This document shows positions 12,696 to 26,270 of a DNA stretch of 51,773 nt, in pieces. The translations under genes and the position numbers were made by a program. Position 1 is the stretch's first letter. Each line of letters opens with the position of its first letter. Origin of the DNA: Octopus bimaculoides (lineage: Eukaryota); contig NC_068985.1 of NCBI RefSeq assembly GCF_001194135.2, positions 81,393,054 through 81,444,826 on the forward strand, written 5' to 3'. The notes beneath the pieces were generated by a model that searched no databases, was not told the DNA's origin, and saw only the letters and a program-made list of their open reading frames with translations.

Positions 12696-13208
12696 CATCA
12701 TCACCATCCATTTTTTCCTTGCTTGCATGGATCAGACCAGATCTATTGGAACAGATGTATGCAGTTGGATAAATCTGATACCAACTCTCACTTGCTTCTA
12801 AGCAATGCAATATTTCTTCCAGTCCTTCAAGCACGAACAGCACAAAGGTAGAACATGATTCCATGGAGGACTGCAATTGAAAGACACCATTTTGGATAAT
12901 GGTGACATTTGTTTACAACTAGTATGTAATATCCAAATATGGAGGCACAAACATAGACACACACTTGCACACATGTACATAGATACACACACACACACAC
13001 ACATACACACACACACTCATACACACACACATATACATGCATGCACATACACACAAATAACAGGGTTCTTTTTGTTTCCATCAACTAAATCTACTCACAA
13101 GGCTTTGATCAACCTAGGGCTATAATAATAGACCCTACACAATGGGACTGAAGCCCCAAACCACATGGCTACAAAGAGAACTTCTTAATCAACAGCTAAT
13201 GCTGCATC
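12650..13208 (-). mobile_element. Degenerate CORE-type SINE (head 13060-13208, internal (CA)n, divergent body, (ATG)n-type tail)
   Basis: 'aaatctactcacaaggctttgatcaacctagggctata' matches the family D CORE region. The body differs from the 37285 copy, and the boundaries are approximate. Confidence 0.6.
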
Positions 13209-15285
13209 TAATCATTTGCATTTTTTGAAGTGCCCAGATGATCCCAGCTATTTACCCAACAGAGTAATGTTATCAGCTTTACACCAGTTTTTCATGTTTT
13301 GCTTAAGGATAACATGCATCATCCTGTTAGATGATGTAATTATGAAAGATCATATGAATAAGAGGACTTTTTCAAATACCCAAGTTTGTTTCAATGATTA
13401 TCATTTATGGTTGTACCTTGTGGTATTATCCAAAGTATCCAAACTTCCATTTTCAGGAATGGTCCTCATATCATAATGGATGGGCATTGCTTGATTCTTT
13501 CAAGTATATACCTGAGATTGTTTCATAAATAATAATAAAGAGAGCATTAGATGCAAATTGTTTGATAGATTCAACAACACTAAGCATGACTTTGAGCCAA
13601 TTTTTTTTCATAATTTATAATTCTTGCAGAATTTCAAACGATTCTCAATGTTTTCCTGTGATGATTTTTTTCCTTTTTTACTTGATGTCTTGTAAATAGA
13701 TTGTAGTCTTTCTGCAGTCATTGTCTTATTGTCTTAGCGCTGCATTTTGCTGTGGGTGGCAACAATACATATATAACTATTGTGCTTGTCACATATTAGC
13801 ATGCATTCGCACACACACACACACACACACACATACACACATGCACACACACACTCAACCACAGATACACATTGACACATATGAACAGGTGTGTGCATTA
13901 ACATACTTTGAGAAATTTGAACATAAAATACATATAAAAGCCATTGCTAGTCATTAGAAGGTACCGTCTTGTTTCTATTTCTGACTGCTACTGTTCATTT
14001 GATTTGCTGCCTTTATTATATTCTGTTCCTTTGTCATTTCTAGCTTTCAAATACTCTTTCTGTAATTTCTGTATCGAAGTACTTATTTTGTTTTTATGTC
14101 TTTTAATCAAAAAGACTTTAATGGGGTACATTGAAAGCAATTATTTTGGTCAAAACTATTATATATTAAAATCTTGTGTTTGTTTTCTTGCACATCTTTG
14201 GCCACCAACTACAAGCAGTTAAATTGTCAGGACAATAAAATAACAACAAAAAAAATCTAAGAAAAAAAAAAGAAAACAAAATCACCCATAAAACAAAAAA
14301 CAAAAAAATGAGTAAACTCCAGACTATCAATTGTTCAAGTTTGATTGAACTTGAAATTCATGAGGTTCTCATTACTCATGGAAGTTAATGCTCTTTTGAC
14401 AATATGTGTACCAAGATCCCTAGAGGATGGAATAATTGAAATAGACAATTAGTGAAATACTAGTGGCATCTTTATTGATTTTTTTACACATACTAAATAA
14501 CTTCACCAGAGCAGTTTAACAATTAGCATAATTTAGTGCGGCCTGGGCATTTTCTGTTTTTTTTTTCTTTTATTGTTTACTCTTGTCATATCAATAAAAT
14601 TGGTCTCCAATAAATTCATTTTTAAATTCAAGCCTATCAGAGAATTTTTTTTTTCCTTTTGTTATAAACTGGAATCTAAACAAACTAAAAATAGTTATAC
14701 TACTATAAAATTGAATACTTGAATATGGTTAATGAGATAAAGTATTTTATTGAAACATTTTCAGAATATACTGCCATGAAATTAAGATATCCTCAATGTT
14801 TGCTTAATATGCTAAGAGAAAAAGGCACCCAACGTCAAAATTGATATCAAATTTTTCTTTTCTAAATATTTCTTTTCATAGCTTAATCTGCAAAGGAAAA
14901 AAAATTATTCTAATGGTTGGTAATGACCACATAACAAGGGAGACAATTTAATTTCATCTGCCACTTTGAGGTGCATATGAAATCTAACTGCATTTTCACA
15001 TTAAACTACACCTGAATAAAAGAAACCTAAGTTGGAACTACTAAGAGGTTGTTTAATTTACAAGAAATAACAGCTAAATCACTCTTAAAACACTGACTAT
15101 TATCTTAAAAAAAGAAAGTACACATTTGGTAATGTAACTCTAAATACATTATATTTGATTATACAATGAAAGGATGACAGCTGAGACACTTTCGAATGTA
15201 AGTCTGATCAATGAAGAAGGATCTGGAGTTAAATAACAACAAAAACAAATGAAAAGTGCTGTGTACACACTCTAGAAGTGTAAAA

Positions 15286-15603
15286 ATTGAAATTAACGTG
15301 CAAGTGGCTGAGCACTCCACAGACACATGTACCCTTAACGTAGTTCTCGGGGATATTCATCGTGACACAGTGTGACAAGGCTAACCCTTCGAATTACAGG
15401 CACAACAGAAACAGGAAGTAAGAGTGAGAGAAAGTTGTGGTGGAAGAGTACAGCAGGGTTCGCCACCATCCCCTGCCAAAGCCTCGTGGAGCTTTTAGGT
15501 GTTTACGCTCAATAAACACTCACAACGCCCGGTCTGGGAATCGAAACCGCGATTCTATGACCGTGAGTCCGCTGCCCTAACCACTGGGCCATTGCACCTC
15601 TAC
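15286..15603 (-). mobile_element. tRNA-derived SINE family B, intact head, 3' part missing
   Basis: A-box TGGCCCAGTGG and B-box GGTTTCGATTCC on the minus strand; the body is near-identical to 34381-34767. Confidence 0.92.
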
Positions 15604-16479
15604 TACATGACTTAAATGTGAGCTTTACTCTATTACTTTGATCTTGCTGTTCTAAGATCTTTGTGTATGACTTCAAATCCTTATTTATTAAAATGGTTGA
15701 GAAAATCAGAGGCAAAATATGTACAAGTTGGATTAACTATTTTTGCATAAATTATTCTCTTAGATAACAGCATAAAACTATGTTTTGTACTGATGTAAAG
15801 ACTCAGTTATATTTGAAGATTTCATATGAGTATCTCTGTAAGATACTGTTTCAACTTCTTATACTGCTGAAAGTTTTGTTGAGATAATTCCTAATCTACA
15901 GAAAATAATCCACTTACCTTGCTTTGCTTTGGGTTGCCAACTCCTAGTGAAGTTGCTGAGATGGGATACTCTTGTGACTGACAGACAAATCTTGAACAAT
16001 TTTAGACCTGGCAGAGCCCATCCTATTCCAAACCAATTTCTTCTTCAGCGGAGACATAAACAGATAAACAAAGAGAGATGGAGGGAGATGAATCGACCCT
16101 AATGCTGGTACAGAACTGAAACTTAGTTGTTGATTCTTAAAGGATGAAAGCTAAGTTGTCTGTGGCAGTATTTGAAATTAGAATACCAAGAGGAGAATGA
16201 ATATTGCCAGTCTGACACTCTAAAAGTCTTGCCAATTCACCATCATTAAAAGCTGCACACAGTACCTATCCAGGCACCACTACTGGGTATAGGGAATAGT
16301 TTTTCAGCTAGAAATAACAACCTTTGGATAAACCTTATTGAACATTGTATCACCTCTACACAAAACTACACACTGTGGCATTTAGATGTAGCCATAGTTT
16401 CTATAATAAAAATACTTTTTATAAAACAGATCTTATCTGAAACATCCCCATTACTTACAAAGTAATTAACAATCATCAT

Positions 16480-16710
16480 TATCATCATTTAGCTCCCGTT
16501 TTCTATTCTGGTATGAGTAAGATGGTTTGACTGGAACTGTTAAGTTAGAGAGCTGCATCAGGCCCTAATTTGTTTTGTTTTGGTTTCTAGGGCTGGATGC
16601 CCTTCCTAACGCCAACCACTCCATAGAGTGTACTGGGTGTCTTTTATGTGTCACTGGGATGGGTGCCTTTTACATGTCACTGGCACATGTGCCTTTTGCA
16701 TATCACCATG
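16480..16710 (-). mobile_element. RTE-tail retroposon fragment with about 3 internal ~25-bp repeat units
   Basis: catcatt tail, 'ggctggatgcccttcctaacgccaaccactcc' and repeated 'gtgccttttacatgtcactgg'. Confidence 0.8.
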
Positions 16711-16800
16711 TCAAAATGATTAACTATGTTGTTATAGAATCAAAGTAACTTTTATTTTCCATTCCTAAATAAATTAACTATTCTCTGTGAAAGTGAATCC

Positions 16801-16870
<70 letters not shown>

Positions 16871-17199
16871 GTGTGTGTGTGTATGTATATATATTATAAT
16901 ATTATATATGCATATAATATTGGTTAAATGAGGAACTACAATACTGAAACACTTCTTAAGGTTACAATTGACAGCAAATATAGGATAGCCTTCATTATTA
17001 ATAATTTTCTAACAAAATATTGTTAGCATAATGTCTCCTATTATGCCTCTAAGATATTAAAATGTCTTTCAAGCTGGTGTCAGAATGCTTATGCAATACC
17101 ACACCGAATATGTTATTCAATAACATCAACCTTGTGATCACAAGAATCAGTCACTGGTATTTGTTATTGCTTGAATTATAATTCCTTTTTCCTTCATAG

Positions 17200-17232
17200 T
17201 ATTATTGTGCCCCAGCCTTTCTATTACTGACT
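17200..17232 (+). CDS. Candidate 33-nt micro-exon (YYCAPAFLLLT or LLCPSLSITD)
   Basis: Strong acceptor attccttttttccttcatAG and donor act|GTAAGC. Frame is undetermined. Confidence 0.25.
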
Positions 17233-17415
17233 GTAAGCTGTTGTAGCATTGTATACATAATATTGATTCATTGAAATCTACTACAAAATATTTTAGGCAA
17301 ATGTTAACTTTTAACAGAGAATGAAGTTGTTGGTAGGATAATTTACACGACTTATGACTGCATACATCAGTTTATGTTAAGATGTGTACTGTTGTTGCTA
17401 TTTTCTCTTTCTATT

Positions 17416-17417
<2 letters not shown>

Positions 17418-17509
<92 letters not shown>
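17418..17509. repeat. Long perfect (CA)n microsatellite
   Basis: About 90 bp of uninterrupted CA. Confidence 0.97.
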
Positions 17510-17513
<4 letters not shown>

Positions 17514-17564
17514 AAGCAAGATGCAGCATAAGGAAACATTGGCAGGGAAATAAGATAAAATTCA

Positions 17565-17770
17565 TCATCATCATCATTTAACATCCATTGTCCATGCTGG
17601 CATGGGTTGGATGGTTTGACGAGCGTGGTAAGCTGAGGGACTGCAATAGACTCCAATCTAATTTGGCATGGTTTCTATAGCTGGATGCTCTTCCTTATGT
17701 GAACCACTCAGAAAGTGAAATGGGTGCTGTTACATGCCACCACCATGGGTGCCAGTTGCATGACACTAGT
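17565..17770 (-). mobile_element. RTE-tail retroposon fragment
   Basis: catcatcat tail, 'tccatgctggcatgggttgga' and 'tttggcatggtttctatagctggatgc'. Confidence 0.82.
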
Positions 17771-17815
17771 ATTTGATCTAATTTTACATGACAGTCTCTG
17801 AGCTTATTGAAAAAA

Positions 17816-19690
17816 ATGGCTATCAATTATGGTGCCACAATTTAGAAGTCGCTTTCTGTATATGGATCTTCCTAAAAACAAACAAGGACCTACAACCTTC
17901 CTTAATCTCCCTAAAAATGCTCATAAATCTCTTAGTAATTTAAAAACTCATGAAATTGGACAAGAAATTGGGTTGAAACTAATAAATTACAAGCTGAATT
18001 AAATTTGCCAGCTTGATGAAAAGACAAAGGAATATATGACATTTAAAGAATTTTACTCATACAAATGTCTCTCTGGTACAAGTTTGAAAGCTTTCCTTGT
18101 AAAATACGAATATTTTTATAAAATACTATTACATTTCAGAATTGATTTAGCAGAAAGTGTCCAAGTTTTTTCTTCTTCTTGTACCATATGCTGTGAATAT
18201 AATCTAAAGAAAATGGAAGCTTAGTGCACACCACCTGTTCTTAATTGATACATGGGTAAATGAAAACACACTCAAGAAAGTACTTGCAGTATTTCAGTGA
18301 GTGAATGCATTGTAACATGTTGAAATGAACTAGGGGCTGTTAACTTCAATGGTTACAGATCAAATAGAACAAGATAACAAAAATGTTACTGAGAGAGAGA
18401 GGGTGAGTAACTGCTGTCAATTTTACAGTAGTATTTGGTCAAGTCTTGTAGGAATTGACCTGTCTCTAGGAATGATAGGATTATGAGAAGTCTACTAAGC
18501 ATTTTGCCAAAGACTGTCATCTAAATCACATTATAAAGGGTCTGATTATGTATATATGGCTTAATTCCATGTTGAAACACTCAATGAAAGTATTCTGATT
18601 AATGACTCATATAGATAGAAGTCTACTCTGGTGAGAGAGACACTTTGTTCTGCTATATTAGATTCTATTTGGTCTTGTACAATTGCTGGAGAACTCTGGT
18701 TAAAAATGCTTCTTGATATATTGAGTGACAGAGATAAGGCCTTGGTTAAGATGAATAAATCTGACTGAAGTTCTTGTTTCAGTAATGGAATGACAGTAAA
18801 GTCTACCAAGCTGGTCAAGTTCCCAGTTATTATAGTGGATGTCAGAGCATATATTGAAGCTAATATTGTAATGACTGATTTACCTCTTCTTTTAAGTGAT
18901 AGATCTATGAAAACTGGTGGAATTGTGTTAATTTTGAAAATAGCTGTTGTTGGATTTTGAGTAGACCAGTAAAGCTGAAGTGGATTTAAAGGGAGAACTC
19001 ACAAAAGTGGAACATTCCAAATATGTAGGATTGAATGTTAATCAATGTCCAACAGAAATAAAGAAAGAATGGTCACTGAGGAAAAATGAGGAGTTAAAAG
19101 AAGACAAATCTGAATTAAAAACACTTGAAGGTCGAATAATGTGGGTATTTACACAGACTCATCTAGATGTATCAGTTGATGTTTGTAGATTGAGCAGCAC
19201 TGCAAATAACCCCAAAGTAAGGGTGCTGTCTGAAGCTAAAACAACATTATCAAAGTTGAAATCAAAGAAAGGGTTCATATCTTTTCCTGATTTGCTAAAA
19301 CCATCAGAGCTAAATATAGTCAGTTATTGTGATGTCACTTATGTCAGATTGAAAGATGAATCTTCACAGGGTGGTTTTATCATATTTGTTTGAAATATGA
19401 ACAAAATGGCTCTATTTTGGTCATCAAAAAAAAACTGGATTGTGTAATGAAAAGTCCATTATCTTCAGAGACTCATGCACACAGTGAAGCAGATGAAAAT
19501 GGTACTTTAGTAACTGTTGTGATACAGGAAGTTTTTTTTTTTGCTGCTCATATAACTCATCACCTGTAGAGACTTAAAATTCATCTACTCTTGTTAGTGA
19601 TTCTCTTCTTTGAACTGATGTGGCTAAAATAAGTAAAATGATGATCAGTAATGAAGCTAAGACAGAAAAATATATTCTATTAACTTGAAA
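17816..19690 (+). mobile_element. Degenerate Ty1/copia LTR-retrotransposon internal region (gag, Zn knuckle, protease, RT C-terminus, RNase H); integrase absent
   Basis: Manual translation gives: gag-like MDLPKNKQGPTTFLNL..MTFKEFYSYK (17855-18220); knuckle remnant STKHFAKDC (~18490-18520); aspartic protease SAILDS..DLPLLLS (18650-18900); RT KYVGLNVNQ; RNase H YCDVTY..SQGGFIIF..WSSKK..VMKSPLSSET. Stops and frameshifts are present. No LTRs recognised. Confidence 0.88.
18980..19393 (+). pseudogene. Copia RT C-terminus / RNase H fragment ORF (137 aa)
   Basis: ORF-track protein with the copia pattern GRIMWVFTQTHLDVSVDVCRLSS..LNIVSYCDVTYVRLKDESSQGGFIIFV. Confidence 0.88.
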
Positions 19691-21548
19691 ATATTATTAC
19701 CGTTGTCAACTCTGGTTTTAAAAACATTAGGTGTCGTTATTTTCAACTTTATACTAGATTCAAAAACTAGTCTTCTGCCAAATATATTAGAACAGTTGTT
19801 GTAACTTTGGAAGTTACAAAACCTTTTGAAATTTATTTTAATCTATATTCTTTTTACCACCTTTGTTAGTTTCAGTCATTGAATTACTGCAATGAACTCT
19901 AGTTCTTATGTCGATCTGCTAGTTATCTTATATATTTCTGGCCTATGCACCTATGTTTGAAACAATTATTATGTGACTAATGTTACTAGAAACACATGAT
20001 TTAAATTATTATTAGGTACTGTTCTAATTCCCATCAACTACTGTACAGATGTATATAGATATTTGTGTAGACTAGGATTTTGAAAAGTGAAGCATCAAAC
20101 ATTTATATTTCTTAGTTAGTTAAATTTCTGTTTTTCAAATACCTATCTTCTTTTTTTGGCAGTGATAAAAGCAGAAATTTTATTCGTTTTCTGATCATAG
20201 TTAATCTACATACATTTAAAAGAAATATTGATTTCTCACTAATTCTAATGCAATTGGCTTCCTTTTTGATAAACTGAAATTACAAAGTATATCCTATTAA
20301 GAACTTTTGGTATTCTAAATTTTATTTTATTAGATTTTTTTTTAATGTATATGAAATAAGAAACCTTTTTCCTTTCATGTATTGAAAAAAATATAATAAA
20401 AATATAAAATAGTATTGTACTGTAATTTTTATCATAGATATGATGTTTAGCAAGATTTCTTGCTTATCACAAAATGATACACTATAAATATCAAATAACT
20501 TAATTTATCATTTGCACTACCCTCATATTCAGTATCAACACTATAAAAAAAAAAGTGTGACTTGCATAAAAGAAATAGATATAATTTGTGCAGAAGTTAT
20601 CATTTTTAGTCTCTTACTCCTCGACAAAAAATTGTTTCAGCTTGATTTCCATTTTCTTTCAAAGTGAGCATCAAAATAGAAAGTGTTTTATTTAGATAAG
20701 AAATTCCTTGCACTATCTTTAATATTGAATAAATATGCTAATACTGTTTTGCTTATCATGCCACCAAAGGAGACATTGTCTTAACTTTGGGAATGTTTTC
20801 TTCTGAAATATTTGTATTCACTGGATGTGACAATGAGGATCATATTCAAAGGCATATATAAGAAGCACTTTCTTGCTACTACATAGCTAATCTTAATTGG
20901 AACATATACAATGAAGTAGAAAAAAAAACCCCTACCAAAATAAATAAATAGATAAATATATAAAACTTGTCACTTGATATCGAGACATGAAAAAATAGAA
21001 ATGTACCAATGTGAATGGGTAGATGAGTTAAAGGCTATCAAAAGCTATTTATTTTGCTTATAATGAAATCTGTCTTCAAGAATATAAAGAGTTTGGTTCA
21101 TTGATAGAGTAAATGATTAATATATTCTACATACAATAGAGACTTCACCAGTGTCAGATACAAAAACTGAATTCTGAATCAGAAAATATTAGTTCAAGCC
21201 CATTATCAAGACTGATTTTGCGTCAATTTTTTTTTTACAAACTCATCTTCTTGTGGCTATGGCACAAAGTGGGAAAAGCTTCTGGAAGAGTCTGGAGAGG
21301 TCATTTGTTGTGAGGGCTGAAGAATTAACCTTTTAGGTTTTTGCTCTTCATATTAGAGTGAGGAAAAGAATGAGAAAGTATTGTATTTTGTTGTAGACAT
21401 GGTTGTGTCTCCTTTTGTTATGAACTTAGTACCTAACTTCTCTTTCAGCTACTTGATATTGCTGTGTTGTCACCTTTTTGTTGCTGTTTATCCAAGTCTG
21501 TCTCTCAGCGTTCATGTGTTTTTTTACACACCTATGCATGCACGCACG

Positions 21549-21599
<51 letters not shown>

Positions 21600-22237
21600 G
21601 GCTCACATGCAATCTTTTTTATTTAAACATTAAGACACATGTAGGTAAGGAATTCTTAGCCCTTTCTGATAAGCATTTTTTGGCAAATTATAGATGTAGA
21701 AAGATTTTGAATGGAGGCTGTATTAAAATCAGCTACAGATATTTTGCCTGCACAAAGAGGTCTATCAGTAGTAACCCAACCAGACACTGAATTCCAGGTT
21801 GTTTACATTGGAAAATAAGCGGTACAACATGGAATTGGTTATGTATAAAGCCTACACCACCTCAACCACCCACCAACCAGCTGAGAAGAAATTACATAAA
21901 CCTAAGATTTCTTTACTTGGAAATGCACAAATCATTAAAAGACTTAATATGACTAGTTAAAATATGAATTATGACCCTCTCCTCCTTCCTGTCTAATCCT
22001 AACTAACTCAAATGTGAATTATGACCCACTGCTATTTCTTAAAATAATTACCCTTGCTTTTTATTGTCCTTTCATGTTTTTTATCAAGTTGCCTTACTTT
22101 TTTGTTGAACCTAATGAAAAGATGGCATCCATAAGGAGTGCAAATACCAACTTGCATTAAACTTAAGTAGCATGTTAGTATATCTTAAGTACAGTATAAA
22201 GATCACATATGTATTCACACATATGTATACTTATATG

Positions 22238-22670
22238 AACGTTGTAGAGAGAAGACTGTGCTGGTTTGGTCATGTGATGTGGATGTATGCCAACAGCTCC
22301 ATAAAGACGTGCTGATCTCTCAAAGTAGATGGAACATGTGGAAGTGGGAAATCCAGGAAGACATGGGACAAAATACTGAGGGATGACATCAGGATGCTGA
22401 GCCTTTCAGATGAGATGACAAAGGATCAAGATACCTGGCGCCTTGCTGTACTTAAGAAGATCCATACTCCACAGCAGAAATGTTAAGGCTGCTCCCCTTG
22501 GTGAAGAAGATTGGTCTGCAAGAGTCCTGTGTTGGTGCCAAGTAAAAAGCAATGCCAGTGCTACATGTAAGTGTTCATGTAGTGCCACGTAAAAGCACCC
22601 AGCACACTCTGTAAAGTGGTTGGTGTTAGGAGGGTCATCCAACCACAAAAACCTTGCCAAATAAGACTCT
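22238..22670 (+). mobile_element. RTE-clade LINE 3' fragment (ORF2 C-terminus plus 3' UTR)
   Basis: Translates VERRLCWFGHVMWM..TCGSGKSRKTWDKILRDDIRMLSL..DTWRLAVLKK, a typical RTE ORF2 end, followed by the shared 3' module. Confidence 0.85.
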
Positions 22671-22848
22671 GTGTGTGTGAGTGTGTGTACGTGTACCCTA
22701 AATGAAGCAAATTTTCAATTTTCTCTAGTGTTTTTCTTAAACTAACATTTAGAATGAATATAACTTATATAAACATGACTCATGCTTTTATAATTACATT
22801 TGCTTATATATGATCATGTACTTGATTAGCATTGTGCATATATATATT

Positions 22849-22897
<49 letters not shown>

Positions 22898-23150
22898 ATG
22901 TGTGCGTTTGTATGAATGTAGGTATGTATGTGCTAGGTGTATTTTACTTTTCAATATACATATTTATAAGTGTAAATATGTTGTTCATTTGGTTTATGTG
23001 CATGGAGGTATAAATTGAATATTTATTTAAATTCCAAGACATTTTCTCTTTTTAGTTTTATTGTTATTATAACTAGGTACTGATTAATTTTATATTGATC
23101 CTGTTGATTAGCTTAAGAAAATTACCTACAGTTATTCATAATAGTTTCAG

Positions 23151-23190
23151 AAAGGCATTGACATATTTCTGTAGATTATTGCCCTCACAG
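23151..23190 (+). CDS. Candidate internal exon (KALTYFCRLLPSQ), phase 2-0
   Basis: Acceptor tagtttcAG and donor cag|GTGGGT. Only one frame is open, and it is phase-compatible with 29069. Confidence 0.45.
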
Positions 23191-23938
23191 GTGGGTGCCT
23201 CTCTTTCTTAACAGATTTTATTGACAGGATAATTAACCACAAGACATAAAAGAGGTCTTAGATATAATGACAAGTAGTATGGATATACTTGTTAATAATT
23301 TCTTGAAATGCTGCCTAATCACTTGAGCTTCTGCTTGTAGATATACTTGCAAACTTGTATTCATCTAACTTTCTTGCCTAACTGAATCCTTTTGCATTAT
23401 TCTATCAAAATTAAATATTTTGTTAACCATTAGTTACACATTTTTACATAGACTTTAATGGAAAGGAATTGTTCATTTTACTAGCAGCACAATTTGTGTT
23501 TATTGGGGAGAAGGTAGTGCTCATGAATCCAGTCGCAATTGGTACAGTTAGCAGAACTGAGAAAAAAAAAGCCATTGTTATTTGGATCTGGAATCATGAC
23601 TGGTTTACTGGTTCAGTTTGTGGGAGGACTTTAATGTGTCATCAGTGGAAAGTACTTGTGGCTGAGGAAGCCTGCTGATGTGAAATATGAAGATTTGGGA
23701 GTTAATACTTGGTCACAACAAATGAGGATTTGTTATACAGCTGATCTAGCATGGCAAAAGAATAATTCAGATGACGATGAAGAGGGAAGGGAGGGGATTA
23801 GACAGATGTTCTGTTGAAATATTATTCAATCAAGACAGTCAATCTTCTAATTGAACTGCTGCTGTTGCTGCTACTAATATCACCACCATCACCATCAGCA
23901 GCACCACTACCACTACCACTGCTGCCACCAACACAACA

Positions 23939-23974
<36 letters not shown>

Positions 23975-23975
<1 letters not shown>

Positions 23976-24410
23976 AGGGTGGTAGGTTGGCAGAATAGTT
24001 AGAGTATTGATCAATATGTATTGTGGCATTTTTTCTGATCCTTTTTGATCTGTGTAGTTAAGGGGTCAGCTGTACTTTACTTTATTCTAGAGTCAATCAA
24101 ATAATGCACCAGGTGACAATGTGATCAACTAACCGCCTCCCTTCAAAATTGCTGGTCTTGTGCTTAAATTGCAAACAATATTATTATTATTGCTATTGTC
24201 ATTATTTGGCAGAATTGTTGGCATACAGGACAAGATGCTGGGTGACATTTTGTCCATCTTTATGTTCTGAGTTCAAATTCCATCAAGGTTGACTTTATTT
24301 TTCCTCCCTTTGGGGTTGGTAAAATAAGTACCAGTTGAATACTGGAATTTGATGTAATTCCCCACCCCCAAAATATCAGGCCTTGTGCCTATAGTAGAAA
24401 GGGTTATTAT
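23975..24410 (+). mobile_element. Two degenerate tandem family A SINEs (tail type 2)
   Basis: Heads 'aagggtggtaggttggcagaa' and 'ggcagaattgttggcat'; tail 'ggccttgtgcctatagtagaaaggg' followed by (TTA)n. Confidence 0.75.
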
Positions 24411-24414
24411 TATT

Positions 24415-24975
24415 ATTGAGTGAGCGAGCAGTGCATGCCATGAAAGTGACACTGGAGTAAAAATATATGAATCCCAATATATCCATCATGAACACCTGCC
24501 CGATAAGCGTACACCAGGCACATGCATCACAACCACATGTGCAGAAAATGGTGATCTCATATTAAGATAAACAATGCATGGCCTTGTAGGTGGGGCCCAG
24601 TTAGAATTTTCTTCAGGTTGAGTAGCCCATCCTACTCAAAAGGTCTTTGAATAAGGGTTGTTTAAAGATGTTGAACGAAACACTCATGTTCTCAGAGGTA
24701 AATTATTCAAACCCCAACGAATTTCTCCCAACACGTGGCTATGATGCACCCCCACTATTTATGCTCATGATCAGAGATGCACATATCGTCAGTCACTAAG
24801 GGACATGCTCGACTGATTACAGTCAAACAACTGACAAGCAAATCTGTGATAGTGAGCAGAATATTTGCTGTAGCCCATCTTTTATACAAAGGCAAAACAA
24901 TGTACATGATAACACTTCCAATCAGTTAAGATCAGAAACCATGAGAGCCACTGCCTGGCACTGCATCAGGGCATA
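24415..24975 (-). mobile_element. Unclassified ~560-bp non-coding interspersed element ending in (AAT)n on the minus strand
   Basis: GC-richer than the flanks, bounded by simple repeats, no ORF. Retroposon status is inferred from the tail. Confidence 0.5.
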
Positions 24976-25004
24976 TTGTCGTCATCATCATGATTACCAT
25001 TATG

Positions 25005-25710
25005 TGTTTGTACAAGTTGACTTTAAGTCTCACCCAGAGACCTCAAGAGACAACAAGTTAGAAGTTCAAGTTGATGTTATGACTGGGGTATCATATATTT
25101 AGTTTTGCACAGAGTATTGTTTTAGAGAATGCCTGTCAAAACATAAGTAAATTAAGTGTTTATTTTAAAAGTAACATGATTGTAAGATGATAGTCTGATC
25201 TTAAGATGACAGTAAAAGATGTTTGTTGATATGTACATTTAAATGTATTTTGACACTGTTTATGGAATAAAATGTTTTTGGGATTACATAGACAATATTT
25301 TATGTAGGATTTGGGTAGTTCCCATGAGCACTATTTTAAAAATTTCTTCCACTTTTGGATTTCCTGGTATCAGAGCTAGGTTGCAATAATCCCATTTTGC
25401 TATCATTCCTAAGGCACTTACAACAACAGGTATTGGTTTAGTCATGAGGTTCCAGATTTTGCCAATTTCTATTTCTTTATACTTGTTCAGTTTTTGGTAG
25501 GTCTTGACAGATACGTTAATTCAGTTAGGACAGTCATATCGATGAGGAGGGATGATTTCTGTCTGAAATTTTGAAAGAGGTATTAAGGCGAGACAAAAGA
25601 GGAATGATAATAGAGAATCACACTGGAAAATGCCACATGAAATTCTTACATCTCCAGCATTGAAAGATTCATTGTCACTGCTCAAAGTCAGTGTGGTTTT
25701 CCATGATCTC
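25005..25710 (-). mobile_element. R4/Dong-clade (RLE) non-LTR retrotransposon relic: RT fragment fused to RLE C-terminus and 3' UTR
   Basis: MRSWKTTL..DVRISCGIFQCDSLLSFLFCLALIPLS matches the RT motif IxRGIFQGDSLSPLLF. It is followed by LLIDM/..KTYQKLNKYKEIEIGKIWNL..PVVVSALGMI..IVLMGTTQILHKILSM* (stop at 25284-25286). Confidence 0.88.
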
Positions 25711-25760
25711 ATACTTACAGATAAGAAGTTTTGCAGAGTAGATGCTATTTTATAAATTTT

Positions 25761-25814
<54 letters not shown>

Positions 25815-25872
25815 ATCATTATTATTATTATTATTATTATCATCATCATTACTATTATTATCATTATCATAT

Positions 25873-26270
25873 TAAGGCAGTGAGTTGGCAGAATCGTTAG
25901 CACACTGGATGAAGTGTTTAATGGTATTTTGCCTATCGCTACATTCTGAGTTCAAATTCTGCTGTGGTTGACTTTGTCTTTCATCCTTTCAGGGTTGAAA
26001 AATTAAGTACCAGTGAAACACTGGGGTTGATGTAATTGACTAGTCCCCTCCACACAAATTTGAGGCCTCCAGTAGAAAGGATTTTTCTTCTTCTTCTTGT
26101 TTTTTCTGTCTTTATGTTCTGAGTTCAAATTCCACCAAGATCAACTTTGCCTTTAATCTTTTGGGGTTTATAGAATAAGTATAAGTTGAGCACTGAGGTC
26201 AATGTAATCGACTACCCCCTCTTTCCCTACCCCCAAATTTCAGGTCTAGTCTCTGTAGTAGAAAGGGTCA
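25873..26270 (+). mobile_element. Two tandem family A SINEs (second is 5'-truncated) after a long (ATT/ATC)n
   Basis: Core and type 2 tail motifs occur twice. Confidence 0.85.

Noticed and set aside
15843-16100. ~85-codon open frame on plus and a strong minus-strand donor (aag|GTAAGT near 15918)
   Set aside because: Acceptors are weak and no family is recognisable. Open frames of this length are expected by chance about once or twice in a window this size.
18561-18818. 85-aa minus-strand ORF
   Set aside because: It is the antisense shadow of the copia protease region.
23450-23700. Exon-like DFNGKELFILLAAQFVFIGEK, or an APE-like 'DFNV' motif
   Set aside because: The two interpretations conflict and both are weak.
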